NCBI GenBank assembly: GCA_964016885.1
Contig: OZ024748.1
Coordinates: 30,814,001-30,878,000 of the forward strand
Reading direction: 5' to 3'
Length of the DNA: 64,000 nt
DNA from: Eledone cirrhosa
Taxonomy: Eukaryota
In this document: one piece after another, positions 25,097-38,700 of the stretch
How the letters are laid out: every line of letters begins with the position of its first letter
How positions within the stretch are numbered: the first letter of the stretch is position 1
Translations under genes and position numbers: made by a program
Notes under the pieces: model-generated
What the model saw: the letters and a program-made list of their open reading frames with translations, nothing else
Told to the model about the DNA's origin: nothing
Database searches by the model: none

Positions 25097-26592
25097 TATA
25101 TATATTAACAACGAATATAGTGAAGAGTTTAGCGTAAAAGTTGGTGTTCATCCAGGCTCCGTTCTTAGCCCCCTACTATTTATTATTGCCCTTCAGGCTA
25201 TAACAGTGGAGTTCAAGACCGGCTGCCCATGGGAACTCCTATACGCAGATGATCTAACGCAAATAGCTGAATCAATGGCCGAACTAGAGAAGAAATTCCA
25301 AACATGGAAGCACGGCCTAGAATCAAAAGGCCTTAAAATTAACCTGGCTAAGACTAAAGTTCTAGTTTGTTGGAAGGAAAATAGGGCGCCGGCCCCTTCT
25401 GGGAAATGGCCATGCTCAGTGTGTAGGAAAGGCGTAGGTAGAAACTCCATTTTATGTCCCAAATGCAAAGTATGGGTGCATAAAAGATGTAGTGGGATCA
25501 CAGGTAAGCTAACTAAGAACATAGATTTTACATGTGGCTGGTGCTCTGGTGCAATAAGTAGCAGCAAGTGCCCACAAAATACTAGCTCTTTCAATTGCAC
25601 AGAGGGTTCTATAGAAATAGTGGACAGCTTCCGTTACCTGGGTGACAAAATCAGCAGTGGGGGAGGGTGCTCTGAAAGTCCAGTAGCTAGAGTCAGAACT
25701 GGATGGAAAAAGTTCAGAGAGCTTATACCTCTATTAGCCGCTAAAGGGTTCTCCCTAAAAATGAAAGGCAGGCTGTCTGATGCCTGCATACGAACAGCAA
25801 TGTTGCATGGCAGTGAGACCTGGGCATTGTGTGCAGAGGATATACGCAGACTAGAGAGGAACAAAGCTTGCATGCTCCGCTGGATGTGTAATAGTAATAT
25901 ACGTGAACGGCAAAGCATTAACGAACTAAGGGAAAAATTAGAAATAAGAGGGATCAGATGTTGTTTACTCGAGAGAAGGCTACGTTGGTATGGTCCCGTG
26001 ATGCGCATGAAAGATGACAGCTGTATAAAAAAGTGCAGGGCAATAAAAATAGACGGTAGCCACGGAGTAGGCAGACCCAGAAAAACCTGGGACGACTTGA
26101 TAAATTCCAACCTCACACACTTACACCTCTCCAAGACAATGTCACTGGACCGACATCTTTGGCGGTACTCAGTAATAGAGAAGACCCGCCTTACCTAAAT
26201 ACAAAGTAAAACCTACTACAGTCAGTAGGCACCTCTAACAAAATACACCCCCGTCCCACTACCCCCACCCCATCCACACCGCCCCTTTCAATGTAAAGTT
26301 ATGTTGGTACCACAACATCCAGGCTGAAACAAATGAGGTCGTGTAGGTGTCACGACAAAAAAAACACAGTCCACGCTGTAATGTGGCCGTGTAGGCAACA
26401 CGGTAAAAACCTTCCAGTTCCACACTGTAAATGTGGTTGGTGTTAGGAAGGGCATCCAGCCGTAGAAAACCCGCCAGACAGTCCTATGCAAGCAAGACAA
26501 TCACTCTTGCCTCAAGTGGGAAAACTCCCGTCCAAACCAATGCAAGCGTGGAATACGGACGTTAAACGATGATGATGATGATGACGATGATG
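25097..26592 (+). mobile_element. 5'-truncated RTE-clade LINE (RT with an embedded PHD-like finger)
   Basis: VGVHPGSVLSPLLF, LLYADDL, FRYLGD, MLHGSETWAL, RRLRWYG and GRPRKTW in ORF ending 26198. The 3' UTR ends in (GAT)n. Confidence 0.93.
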
Positions 26593-26605
26593 ATATATAT
26601 ATGTA

Positions 26606-27300
26606 TATATATAAAATAGAGGATGTCTGTCTGTGTGTGTATCTGTCTGTCTGTGTAAATCCCTCAAACTCGAGAAGTACCTGACCGATTTTTTTCAAAC
26701 TTTACACATGCGTTACTTATATTTCTTGAAGTGCAATGGGCTAAAAATGTTTTAACTTTTTTGCCCTTTTTGTATTAGTCGAAAAACCGCATTTTTTAGG
26801 CATTTTTAGGTTTTTTTTGAGGTGTAACTTAAGGATAATCCAGCTGATTTCCTCAAAATTTGCAGCACACATTAATTAGTCCCCTCGCATTGCTGTAGAC
26901 AAAAAAAATTTCCGATTCCATTAATGGTTTCTAGGAAATTTACGAATTAGCATTCTGCATTACATGCCATTTTCATTTTCAATATAAATGCTACTTATCA
27001 TCGTATCGTATAATATTTCGTTAAAAATTTGGTTTATTTAACAGAGGACACAACACTTAATTACTTTTAAGAAGGACCATTTTCGGGGAAATGAGGAGGA
27101 CCTTAAAATTTTTGTCAGCGCCCTGTTGATGCTTCGTGCTTTCATCACGCACAAATCTGGGCCCTGTGTACGTTGCCGTGTTATTGACACCGTAAAACTC
27201 GCGCCTGTGCTACTTCTACTAAGACAACTTTTGTTGCACCTACACCGCAGTATGAACGCTCTGTGCAAGTACGCCGAACAACAGTTGTGTTAAGTAATTT
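26606..27300 (+). mobile_element. Non-autonomous Helitron-like 5' fragment
   Basis: TATATATAAAATAGAGGATGTCTGTCTGT start resembles the Helitron 5' end at 34500. No 3' CTAG hairpin was found. Confidence 0.5.
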
Positions 27301-27438
27301 TTATTTCTACTTTATGCTTTTCTGTTTTCTGTTCAACTTCTAGCTGTTTGATAGCTCATAACGGTTATCACCGAAATATATATAACAGCAATTATGAATA
27401 AATGAAGTGAATTATAACCCGTTGACTTGTACTTCATG

Positions 27439-27484
<46 letters not shown>

Positions 27485-28436
27485 TAGATAGATCCCAAGT
27501 GATATCGGGGATAGCCACAGTAAGTAAGAGACTCAATACATTAGTAGAGTGAAAACAACAGAATTTAATATGGGAATGGTTTTTACAGGACTAGAACTGT
27601 TTCATTTGTATGAAATAGTTCTAGTCCTGTAGAAGCCATTTCTTTATTAAATTTCTTTATAATTTATATGCAGGACAATTTAAGGCTGTTTGTTATCAAA
27701 TAGTTTACCAAGGAAAAGGTGAAGTACCCTAACCCTAGCCTCAACACCAACCCCAACACCAATGCTAACCCTAATTCAGAACCTGGAGCGAGAAATTTGT
27801 ATGTCTCTGGACCAATGTTTTTGTTTAAGGGGCTTTGTGACTAGGTTAGTCTACATATCCAGGTGGATAATAAATTAGAAAAGTGTACAGGGTGGCTCTC
27901 AATCTCATTCAAAACTAAGTTGAGAGGAGGAAGATATCTCTAAAAAGTCAAGCGGAAGTAACTGACACTGATATAGCTTCCTTGGTGTACTATCACCTGA
28001 CCAATATATTTTATGGTACACAAGAGGTAGGAGGTATGACAAACCAGTAATGTCACTGGTACATTAGGGGTGGGGAGTATGAAATACCAGTTCATTTTTA
28101 GCACTGAAAGAATTAATAAGTTTATTGAAAATTCATCTGCAAAATATAACTCAAACAGACATCAGCTTTCTAATTTATAATTCTTTTATGACACATGCAT
28201 GCTACTAATTAATGAATACTTAAATAAAATTAATTAATTATTAAAATTAATTAATAAAATGGGAAGAAGTTAATTGAAAATAATCTAATTGCTACATTGA
28301 AAGACATAGCTTTCTGATATTTGTTCCAAGTCACACATTTTTATAAGATGAGTAAAAGTCATAGTGTATAACTGGTATTTATTTTATTAAATTCAAAGCA
28401 GTATAGTGGCAGTCATTACAGTGTAGTACAAAATGT

Positions 28437-28760
28437 CTTCAGCACCTTTGATTATAGGTCTGTTTCATTAGAGATGGTTACATCTGGAGCACCTTTGATC
28501 ATGGGTCTACTCCATCAGTGATGGTCACACCTGGAGCACCTTTGATCATGGGTCTACTCCATCAGGGATCGTCACAGCTGGAACACCTTTCATTATATGT
28601 TTTATTCCATCAAAAATGGAGACAGCTGGAATGCCATTGTTCATAGGTCTACTTCATCAGGGATAGTCACAGCTGGAAAGCTTTTAATCATAGGTTTTGC
28701 TCCATCAGAAATAGCTGCCAGTGGAAAGGCTGATCATAGCTCTGTTTGATCAAAGCTGAC
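28437..28760. repeat. Degenerate 47-bp tandem repeat, 6-7 copies
   Basis: CTGGAGCACCTTTGATCATGGGTCTACTCCATCAG.. starts at 28484, 28531 and 28578. Confidence 0.85.
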
Positions 28761-28779
28761 CAAGAACTAAACAACAGCC

Positions 28780-28803
28780 ACTACAACAACAACAACAACA
28801 ACA

Positions 28804-28845
<42 letters not shown>

Positions 28846-28957
28846 GTTGCTGCTGCTGTTGCTACTGCTGCTGCTGCTGTTGCTACTGCTGCTGCAGCAG
28901 TAACAAGAACTGCTACAACACCTACATCAGCAGCTACAGCAACTACAACAACTACAA
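28780..28957. repeat. Compound trinucleotide microsatellite (AAC)(TAC)(TGC)
   Basis: Directly visible. Confidence 0.95.
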
Positions 28958-29489
28958 ACTAATTTGAGAAATCATTCCTAGAAAGTTGATTAAAACCATG
29001 CAACACACATACAACACACACACACACAACACACACATACAACACACACACATACACACAACACTCACACATATGTAGCTGAATAGATAGAATCTATCCT
29101 ATAATATGCACATATTAATTTCATCCCCTCTCCCTCACCTTATTTATCTCCCACCAACTAGGTTGGGTCCTTTTTATCATAAAACCAGCACTACCACATT
29201 ACAGAGTAGGCTGAGTGAAATATTAATTGATTCAAAAACCTTCTAGCATAGTTTTATATAAGTACTTTTGTTAAGCTATATTCCAAACACCACCTAAAGT
29301 TAATTATCTTTATGAATCTTTAAAAATCTTTGATAATCTTAAAAAATATTTGAGTAATAAGCAGTGCTTTTCGTTAGAAATATGGTCATAAAAGGGTTAA
29401 TAACATGGACTATCTTTCATTAGAAATATGGTAATGAAAGATTAAACATTGACAGTGTCTTTCTTATATATATATATATAATATATATT

Positions 29490-30456
29490 GTTATACTTTG
29501 GGAGGGTCATGTTGCCAATAAGAAACACACGCACCAGTTGCTTTCACTTCAATTTATTATAATAAATTTATAAATTTAGGAATTTATAAATTTATAAATT
29601 TCTGGTTGGTTGGTTGGTTCCACAACCAGATAGTTGTTTATATATTGTCAAAGTTCTTTCGTCACACATTCTGTGACCTCATCAGTGACTTTTCTTTGTT
29701 TTTGTGCCTCTCCTTTGTTCTGTCCTACGCCATTTTGTTTCTGTGTGTGTGTTGTGTGCTCAGTCTGCGCATGCGCCACATCCGGGTGTCTGTGTGTGTT
29801 TATATTTGTTTATTTATTTGTTTATTTACATGTTACCGGTTGGTTGTTTGTTCTATGTGTGTGTGTGTTTTTATTTTGTCCTTAATTGTAAGTTGTGATG
29901 TTGCTGTTCCACTCATATTTTCTATTTAATTTTGGTTGTAATTCTTTTATGTTTATTGCCTCTGTGATTTGTCTAAACATTGCGTCTTTTCTGTGTGTGG
30001 ATTCTATTTTTATTTCTATGTTCTCTAATTTACCCTTATGTTTTATTTTAGCATGTTGGTAGAGTACAGATGATTCTTTACTATCTTGAAGGTCTCGCCA
30101 GTGTTCATTTATCCGTTCCCCTACACTACGGGCTGTCTTACCTATGTACATTATATTTTTGTCTCTACATTATCCTTCAGTACATCTTATGCTATACACT
30201 ACATTTCTAGTTTTACAGTTAATATGGGGGCTTATTTTACAGGTTATACATTTCTTATCTATACAGGGGGGTCTTTGAAAAGGGTATGTCTTGCTAATAA
30301 GTGTTTTTACGGAGGTACCTGGTCTTTCTACTATCTTAATATTGAGTTTATGTTTATCTAGGGCCCTTCTAAATTTGTAAGCTAATTCACCTCTAGGGGT
30401 TGTATCGATGAACATTACACTCTGGTATTTATTGCTATCATACCATGAGTTTATTC
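29490..30456 (-). mobile_element. Penelope-like element 3' part: Cys-rich linker, GIY-YIG endonuclease and terminal repeat
   Basis: ORFs 30170-30415 (C..C..C..C, NVVYSIRC) and 29882-30151 (YIGKTARSVGERINEH..RQITEAINI..PKLN). A same-strand hammerhead motif lies downstream. Confidence 0.9.
29647..29690 (-). ncRNA. Minimal type I hammerhead ribozyme motif
   Basis: Minus strand reads AGTCA-CTGATGA-GGTCACAGAATGTGTGAC-GAAA-GAACTT|TGAC. Stem I is GTCA/TGAC and stem II is GTCACA/TGTGAC. Confidence 0.7.
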
Positions 30457-31232
30457 TAGATAGGAGTAACTATAGAGGCATTAAATTAATCGACCAGGTC
30501 ATGAAGGTCACAGAAAAAGTAATAGCGCAACTAATCAGAGAGAGAATTGATCTAGATGAAATGCAGTTCGGGTTTGTGTCAGGCAAAAGTACCACAGACG
30601 CTCTTTTCATTGTACGACAACTACAGGAGAAGTACCTAGCTAAAAGTAAACCCCTATACTTAGCTTTTGTCGACTTGGAGAAAGCCTTCGACAGAGTCCC
30701 CCGTTCCATTATCTGGTGGGCTCTTAGAAAACTAGGTGTTGATGAATGGCTTGTGAGAGCTATACAAGCCATGTATAAAGAAACAGTCAGCAAGGTTAGA
30801 AACTCCATTTTATGTCCCAAATGCAATGTATGGGTGCATAAAAGATGTAGTGGGATCACAGGTAAGCTAACTAAGAACATAGATTTTATATGTGGCCGGT
30901 GCTCTGGTGCAATAAGTAGCAGCAAGTGCCCACTAAATACTAGCTCTTTCAATTGCGCAGAGGGTTCTATAGAAATAGTGGACAGCTTCCGTTACCTGGG
31001 TGACAAAATCAGCAGTGGGGGAGGGTGCTCTGAAAGTACAGAACTGGATGGAAAAAGTTCAGAGAGCTTATACCACTATTAGCCGCTAAAGGGTTCTCCC
31101 TAAAAATGAAAGGCAGGCTGTATGATGCCTGCATACGAACAGCAATGTTGCATGGCAGTGAGACCTGGGCATTGTGTGCAGAGGATATACGCAGACTAGA
31201 GAGGAACGAAGCTTGCATGCTCCGCTGGATGT
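30457..31232 (+). mobile_element. RTE LINE fragment with an internal deletion removing YADD
   Basis: NYRGIKL, MQFGF and LAFVDLEKAFDRVPR, then AMYKETVSKV joined directly to RNSILCPKC. The remainder is nearly identical to 25440-25888. Confidence 0.9.
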
Positions 31233-32087
31233 AGTAGAAGAACCTTAAATTATGGGTAGCTGACTCTTCTGATAAATTGGTTGGTTTTTTGTATCATAAG
31301 AAGTAAAAAATCATCCTTAGAAGGTAATGGTATATTCTTTAAAGAAGTTCCCAAGTAATTCATTATTTTATTAATTTATCTTGACTCTGTTTTCCGTTAA
31401 TTTTCACCGAAAATAGTTTTTGAATGCATCTTCTCTTTTCATGATATCCGGATTACATTGAGTTCTTCATATGGATTGATTGGACACTACCGTAAATTTT
31501 TGGTAGATTTATCTACATATTTTGCTCCTATTTTTATGGGGATATTCTTATTATTTTTTGTGAATGTATATGTATTGTATGTGTATATATATTTATATAT
31601 ATATACATATATGTGTATAACTTTATAACTCCATATATAAATAGTTGAGCTCTTTTTCTTGTCCATTATCCATATCACAATGGAAAAACAATACTTGGGA
31701 ACTTCTTTAAAGAATATACCATTACCTTCTAAGGATGATTTCTTACTTCTTATGATACAAAAATCCAACCAATTTATCAGAAGAGTCAGCTACCCATAAT
31801 TTAAGGTTCTTCTACTTCTATATTACTATCTTGACCCTCACTATCTCTCTATTGGTCAATTCAAAACCTGTTCCCAAATAGACCTATTGTATTGAATCTT
31901 TTTTTAATATAAGGAACTGTTTCTTTGTTTATTCATTATTTTATTAATTTATCTTGACTCTGTTTTCCGTTAATTTTCACCGAAAATAGTTTTTGAATGC
32001 ATCTTCTCTTTTCATGATATCCTGATTACATTGAGTTCTTCATACGGATTGGACACTACCGTAAATTTTTGGTAGATTTATCTACAT

Positions 32088-32299
32088 ATATTATATATAT
32101 ATATTATATATATATATATTATATATATATATATAATATATATATATATAATATATATATATTATATATATATATATTATATATATATATATATAATATA
32201 TATATATTATATTTATATATATAATATATATATATTATATATATATATATTATATATATATATGTAATATATATATATATAATATATATATATTATATA

Positions 32300-32337
<38 letters not shown>

Positions 32338-32389
32338 TATATAATATATATATATATAAAATATATATATTATATATATATATAATATA

Positions 32390-32433
<44 letters not shown>

Positions 32434-32531
32434 TATATTATATATATATATATAATATATATATATATATTATATATATATAATATATATATATTATATA
32501 TATATATAATATATATATAACATATATATAT

Positions 32532-32562
<31 letters not shown>

Positions 32563-33050
32563 ATATATATATATTATATATATATAATATATATATATAT
32601 ATTATATATATATAATATATATATATTATATATATATATATAATATATATATATTATATATATATATAATATATATATATAGTATATATATATTATATAT
32701 ATATATATATAATATATATATATATACTCTATATATAATATATATATATTATATATATATATATAATATACATATATTATATATATATATAATATATATA
32801 TATTATATATATATATATATAATATATATATTATATATATATATATAATATATATATATTATATATATATATATATAATATATATATATTATATATATAT
32901 ATATATAAAATATATATATATTATTTATATATATATAATATATATATATATTATTTATATATATATATATAATATATATATATAATATATATATATTATA
33001 TATATATATAATATATATATATATTATATATATAATATATATATATTATA
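32088..33050. repeat. Long interrupted (TA)n microsatellite
   Basis: ~960 bp of TA with periodic TT/AA phase shifts. Confidence 0.97.
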
Positions 33051-34499
33051 TCCCGCCGAGGTTGACTTTGCCTTTCATCCTTACAGGGTCGATAAAATAA
33101 AGTACCAGTAAGACACTGGGAAATTGCTGGCCTTGTGCCTAAAGTAGAAACAATTATATATATATAATATATATATATATTATATAATATATATATATTA
33201 TATATATATATATAATATATATATATTATATATATATAATGTAATATATATTATAATGTAATATAATATAATATAATATTATATTATATTATATTATAAT
33301 ATAATATAATATTATATTATATAATATAATATTATATTATATTATATTATATTATCTTATATTATATTATATTATATTATATTATATTATATTATATTAT
33401 ATTATATTATATTATATTATATTATATTATATTGTATTATAATATAATATATTACAATATAATATAATATATTATATTATATTATATAATATTATAATGT
33501 AATATAATATAATATAATATAATTATATTATATTATAATATAATATAATTACATTATATTATAATATAATATAATATTTTATTATATTATAATATAATAT
33601 TTAATATAATATTTAATATAATATTATATGATATTATATTATATTATAATATAAAATAATATAATATAATATATATATTATATTATATTATATTATAATA
33701 TAATATTATATTATAGTATATATATTGTAATATATTATATTATATTATAATATAATATAATATAATATTACATTATAATATAACATATAATATAATATTA
33801 TATTATATTATATTATAATATAATATGAAATATTATAATATAATATAATATATATATAATATAATATAATATTATATTACATTATATAATAATATAATAT
33901 TATATTATAGTATATAATATTATAATACAATATAATATAATATAATATATTAGAATATTATATTATATTATATTATAACATAATATAATATAATATTATA
34001 TTATATTATAATATAATATATAATATAGTATTATATTATATTATAATATAATATAATATAATATAATATAATATAATATTATATTATAATATAATATATT
34101 AAAATATAATTGTTTCTACGTTAGGCTCAAGGCCAGCAAATACCCAGTGCATTACTGGTACTTTATTTTATCGACCCCGTAAGCATGAGAGGCAAAGTTA
34201 ACCTCGGCGGGAGATAATATAATATAATATAATATAATATAATATTATATTATATTGTAATATAATATATTATAATATAATATAATATAATAAAATATTA
34301 TATTATATTATATTATAATAATATATTACAATATAATATAATATAATATAATATAATATAATATAATATAATATAATATAATATTATATTATATTATAAC
34401 GTAGAAACAATTATATTATAATATAATATTATATTATATTATATTATATGATATTGTAATATAATATAATATAATATAATATAATATAATATAATATAA

Positions 34500-35781
34500 T
34501 CTATATATATAAAACTGAGGTTGTCTGTCTGTCTATCGATTTTTGGCACACATCTCCTCTTAGAATCTCTCACGGAATTGCACCGAAATTTCTATACTTG
34601 TACATTGAGCCCTAGCGAAGACATCGGAAAAAAAAAATTTCAAATTGACCCGCCCTATCTGACGAAATCGAATATAATGTATCGATTTTTGAGCATAAGT
34701 GATCAGTTATTTCCCTTTGTTCTGTTTACATTCAGCGTAGCGTCTTACGTTCTCTTTACATTTTCTGCGTGCAAAAATTAAAAAAATGATTTCCCTTTGT
34801 TCTGTTTACATTCAGCGTAGCATCTTACGTTCTGTTTACATTTTCTGCGTGCAAAGATTAAAAAAATTACGCTGGCAAAAATTAAAAAAATTACGCTGGC
34901 AAAAATTAAAAAAATTACGCTGGCTTTCTCAGCGTTTAAAATGACATTAACACAATACACGAACAGTTGTCGAGCCAGCAAAATTTTGACCTGCAAAATT
35001 CATCATTTCGAACACTAAGCTTTCGTTTTGCTTCATTTCCATTTAAAAGCCTTTTAAAACAATATTTTTACTTGAAAACAAGTCTATTTAAAGACTACGT
35101 AAAACAAGCAAATATTTCGTAAAAAAAAGCCATAATTATATAAGTTTATTTAAAATATATGTATCTGTAAATTTCGTTAGGCGTGCAGACAGACAGTCGT
35201 GCAGACAGACAGTCGTGCAGACAGACAGTCGTGCAGAGAGGTGATATACGCGTGCAGACAGATAGTCGTGCAGAGAGGTGATATAGGCGTGCAGACAGAC
35301 AGTCATGCAGAGAGGTGATATAGGCGATTATTTCCCTTTTATGGAATGAGCAGACGATTAGCGAATGTGCAGACGATTAAGTAAATCTTTAGTAGAGTGA
35401 ATTGGAATCTCCAGTTTGTTTAATAGCTTCTTTTGAACTGTACTGCCTTTCTATGCTACAACGCTTTAAAAGTTCGGCGAGTTCATTACTTCGTAAGTTA
35501 TTGATATTTATTTTTTTATTACGACGGTTAGCAAACTTTCCCTATTAAACGTTTAAATTAATTTTACGGTCTTATAAGGCTGAATTTACTTTAATTCGGG
35601 TTATCGTTATGTTTTCTTAACTTCATAAGGCATATTATTGGTTGAGGGAATATTAATCAAAAACACCACATGCAAGTCTGCACAGTAGACACTACAGTTT
35701 TTAAGCCAAAAAAGAAACTTAACATTGTAACTTTAACACATCTACTGAGCGACCCCGTGCAACGCCGGGCTTTACTGCTAG
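34500..35781 (+). mobile_element. Complete non-autonomous Helitron, 1282 bp
   Basis: 5' TC at 34500, subterminal hairpin CCCG-TGCAACGC-CGGG and 3' CTAG at 35778-35781. Inserted between A and T with no TSD. Internal tandem repeats at 34708-34925 and 35182-35330. Confidence 0.88.
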
Positions 35782-38700
35782 TATAATATAATATAAAATA
35801 ATATATGATATTATAATATAATATAATATAATATAATATTATATTATATTACATTATATTATATTAAATTATAATATTATAATAGGGCGGTGGATTGGCA
35901 GTATCGGTAGAGGGTCGGATGCCATGCTTTGAAACATAGAGTATGATCTGAGTTCAAATCCCGCAGAGGTTAACTTTGCCTTTCATCCTTACGGTGTCGA
36001 TAAAATAAAGTACCAGTAATGCACTGGGTAATTGCTGGCCTTGTGCCTAAAGTAGAAACAATTATAATATAATATAATATTATATTATATAATATTATAT
36101 TATATTATAATATAATATAAGTAGGGCGGTGGATTGGCAGTATCGGTAGAGCGTCGGACGCCATGCTTTCCAGCATAGTTACGCCCCTTTACGATCAGAG
36201 TTCAAATCTCGCAGAGGTTAACTTTGCCTTTCATCCTTACGGAGTCGATAAAATAAAGTACCAGTAATGCACTGGGTTATTTGCTGGCCTTGTGCCTAAA
36301 GTAGAAACAATTATATTATAATATAATATATTACAATATAATATTATATTATAATATAATATAATATTATCTTATATTATATTATAATATAATATTTTAT
36401 TATATTGTAATATATTATATTATAATATAATATAATATATTATAATTTAATACAATATAATATTATATTGTATTATATTATATTATAATATAATATAATA
36501 TATTATATTATATTATAATATAATATAATATAATATTATATTATATATATTATATTATATTATATTATATTATATATTATATTATATTATAATATAATAT
36601 AATATTTTATTATAATATAATATATTATATCATAATATAATATAATATAATATAATATATATAATATAATATTATATAATATTATATTATATTATATTAT
36701 ATTATATTATATTATATTATATTATATTATATTATATTATATTATATTATATAATATTATAATATATTATAATATAATATAATGTCTTTACGATAACATA
36801 ATATAATATTATATTATAATATAATATAATATAATATAATATAATATAATATAATATAATATAATATAATATTATATTAGAAAAGCGGACCCCGCCATAA
36901 AAAAACAGGACACCCAAATAAAAAACGGACCCCCCCCCCATAGAAAAGGGGCACCCAAATAAAAAACGGACCCACCCCCATAAAAAAACGAGGCACCCAA
37001 ATAAAAAACGGGGCACCCAAATAAATAACGGGGCACCCAATAAAATAATGGGGCACCCAAATAAAAAAACGAACCCGCCGCATAAAAAAAACGGGGCGCC
37101 CAAAGAAAAAACGGGGCACCCATATAGAAAAACGGGGCGCCCAAATAAAAAATGGGGCACGCAAATAAAAATCGGACCCCTATAGAAAAACGGGGCACCC
37201 AAATAAGTAACTGATACCCCCATAAAAAATGGGGCACCCAAATAAAAAAACGGGGCACCGAAATAAAGAAACGGGGCACCCACATAAAAAACGGACACCC
37301 CATAAAAAAACGGGGCACCCAAATAAAAATCGTCCCCCTCCCCCTATAAAAAACGGGGCACCCAAATAAAAACACAGGGGAACCCAAATAAAAAACGGAG
37401 CACCCAAATAAAAAAACCTACCCCCCTTAAAAAAACGGGGCATACAAATAAAAAAACGGGGCACTCATTAAAAAAACCGGGCACCCAAATAAAAAATTAT
37501 AATATAATATAATATAATATATATATAATATAATATTATAATATAATATTTAATATAATATTATATCATATTATATTATATTATAATATAATATAATATA
37601 ATATATTATATTATAATATAATATTATATAATAGTATATATATTGAAATATAATATATTATATTATATTATAATATAATATAAAATAATTGTTTCTACGT
37701 TAGGCACAAGGCCAGCAATTACCAAGTGCATTACTGATACTTTATTTTATCGACCCCGTAAGGATGAAAGGCAAAGTTAACCTCGGCGGGATTTGAACTC
37801 AGAATGGCAAGGGCCGTAACTCTATACGTCAAAGCATCGCGTCCGACCCTCTCCCAATACTGCCAATCCACCGCCCTATATAATATAATATAATATAATG
37901 TAATATATTATAGTATATTATAATATAATATAATATTATATTATATTATATTGTATTATATTATATTATAATAGAGTATAATATAATATAATATATTATA
38001 ATATAATATAATATAATATAATATAATGTAATATAATATAATATTATATTATATATTATATTATAATATAATATATTATATTATATTATAATATAATATA
38101 ATAAAATATAATATATTATATTATACTATAATGTAATATAATATAATATTATATAATATTATATTATATTATAATATAATATAAGTAGGGCGGTGGATTG
38201 GCAGTATCGGGAAAGCGTCGGACGCCATGTTTCCAGCATAGTTACGTCCCTTTACGATCTGAGTTCAAATCCCGCCGAGGTTAACTTTGCCTTTCATCCT
38301 TACGGAGTCGATAAAATAAAGTACCAGTAATGCACTGGTGAATTGCTGGCCTTGTGCCTAAAGTAGAAACAATTCTAATATAATATAATATAATATAATA
38401 TAATATAATATAATATAATATAATATAATATAATATAATATAATATAATATAATATAATATAATATAATATAATATAATATAATATAATATAATATAATA
38501 TAATATAATATAATATAATATAATATAATATAATATAATATAATATAATATAATATAATATAATATAATATAATATAATATAATATAATATAATATAATA
38601 TAATATAATATAATATAATATAATAAAAGGGCGATGGATTGGCAGTATCGGTAGAGGGTCGGACGCCATGCTTTCCAGCATAGTTACGTCCCTTTACGAT

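Noticed and set aside
27727-27776. CCCTAA-like hexamers as an interstitial telomere
   Set aside because: Only a few degenerate units are present, too short to support the call.
28085-28150. Possible upstream AARSD1 exon after a TTTTGCAG acceptor on the minus strand
   Set aside because: The open frame (EFSINLLILSVLKMN) shows no convincing similarity to AARSD1.
28746-28967. Poly-N/Y/C ORF
   Set aside because: It is a compound trinucleotide microsatellite.
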